A stretch of 63,894 bases of DNA, counting the filler, from Octopus bimaculoides (Eukaryota): NCBI RefSeq assembly GCF_001194135.2. It is 10 parts of 8 records of this genome, joined end to end, with 100 filler letters (N's around TTAATTAATTAA, not from the genome) between each part and the next. Parts side by side here need not be neighbours in the genome. Positions count along the whole stretch, not along the records: positions 62,764 to 63,894 come from NW_026428618.1; 9 more parts are not named here. The stretch is one strand, 5' to 3'. The translations under genes were made by a program, and so were the position numbers. A model generated the notes under the pieces. That model had not been told where the DNA came from, did not search any database, and worked only from the letters and a program-made list of their open reading frames with translations. Below, in pieces: positions 62,664 through 63,894 of the stretch; position 1 is the first letter of the stretch, and each line of letters begins with the position of its first letter.

Positions 62664-63279
62664 NNNNNNNNNNNNNNNNNNNNNNNNNNNNNNNNNNNNN
62701 NNNNNNNTTAATTAATTAANNNNNNNNNNNNNNNNNNNNNNNNNNNNNNNNNNNNNNNNNNNNTTTGTTCCGCCATTAAAACAACCAGTTGCTCACACAG
62801 CCAGCATATACCATTTCGCTAGTAACAAGGGGAGTACAGGATGACAGTCAACCAAAACTTTCGTTATGCTGTCTCTCTTCTTTCACCTCGTGGGGTTAAT
62901 AATTTTAATCTTTAGTTACAGTTTTTCATTCAAACTACATAATAGGCAGACATGTCGGATTAAGACAGTAGGTTGCTATTTCTACCAGGTCTAGCTACCA
63001 TGAAGAGGTCTTAATTTTCATTCACATATTTGCATTTCAAAAATTTAACATAATCTTTTCCATAAATCAACTATCGTAAACACATACACATGCGCAAGCA
63101 CGCACGCACGCACGCACGCACACACACGTCCATTTCGTATATCTTCTTTCAATTTCTGCTCTCTGCAAATAAAATTTTTACAGACACAACTGCTCACAAA
63201 AATAGGGATTAATGTATAACTTCTTTCTATGTTCATAATTAAATCAATGTTTTAATGATTAGACAGAGGTCCAATAGAA

Positions 63280-63494
63280 TAGCTTTCAGAAACAGACTAC
63301 GTATAAAATTCGTTCTTTACAACTCATGAAGCTGTTTTCTGACAAGCGGGGTGGGATGAGGGGATAAGGAAATCTTCATACAGCTGAAAGCTCCAATCGA
63401 AACAGGGGAAACGCTGTTATAGATTATGCCTAATCGAAAACGATCACAGTCATATCATCCAAACAGACCGAGTGAAACCGGGCTTAGCTGCTAG
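63280..63494 (+). mobile_element. Helitron-like 3' end (5' boundary not determined)
   Basis: ccgagtgaaaccggg hairpin-like motif followed by gctgCTAG|T. Confidence 0.5.
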
Positions 63495-63894
63495 TTAATA
63501 TATATATAAAAGGTAAGCAGATTTAGCGGTTGGAATAACTGTTTAAGGGATAAGAATATCCGTTTGTACTACCTGTAGCATTTACCTATGTTATCCCTGG
63601 GCATGGGGTATGCTCATAGGGTACAGGTAATAACAGAATAAACTAAAAGTTATCAGGAATCAAATGTAAATAGCCAGAAAATGGAGAAAACTTTTGATCA
63701 ACAAACAAATTTGTTTTCTCCATTTTCTGCTTATTCTTCTCACCTTGTTTCACATTTATATGCTCACTCTGGTATACATATATATGCATATTGTATTGCT
63801 TTTATATATTTACATATATTCTAAAAATTATACGCATATTGTATTGTGTATATGTGTGTGAGTTCTGTATAATATATGCATATTGTATTGTGTG

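Noticed and set aside
63561-63625. Imperfect hairpin tacctgta...tacaggta as a pre-miRNA
   Set aside because: A large asymmetric bulge and only short helices, with no recognised mature miRNA.

Overview
AT-rich, microsatellite-dense, gapped eukaryotic (animal) genomic DNA. The SINE families look like those of Octopus; this comes from recall, not a search. I found no intact, recognisable host protein-coding gene, so the window reads as intergenic DNA or the inside of a long intron. It is a mosaic of mobile elements: about 20 copies of one tRNA-headed SINE family (several in head-to-tail chains), other tRNA-derived SINEs, many fragments of restriction-like-endonuclease (R4/Dong-type) LINEs sitting in (TAA)n or (CATA)n microsatellites, an RTE LINE with three C-terminal C2H2 fingers, a Tx1/L1 fragment, Penelope-like fragments, an internally deleted Mag-type Gypsy element, several MITEs and a small Helitron. 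The best leads are: (1) a 2.1-kb, CpG-rich 20-bp satellite (50239-52309) whose unit is a canonical heat-shock element (nGAAnnTTCnnGAAn) in near-helical phase; (2) a small element coupling a tRNA-type Pol III promoter to a downstream hammerhead-ribozyme motif (38600-38874); (3) SINE chains with recurrent junctions that suggest self-targeted insertion; (4) a possibly (CATA)n-specific RLE retrotransposon; (5) a stop-depleted decayed reading frame at 13961-14944. Long ORFs over N-runs and microsatellites, and the TTAATTAATTAA islands inside gaps, are artefacts. All coordinates and counts were read by eye, and ends of degenerate elements are approximate.
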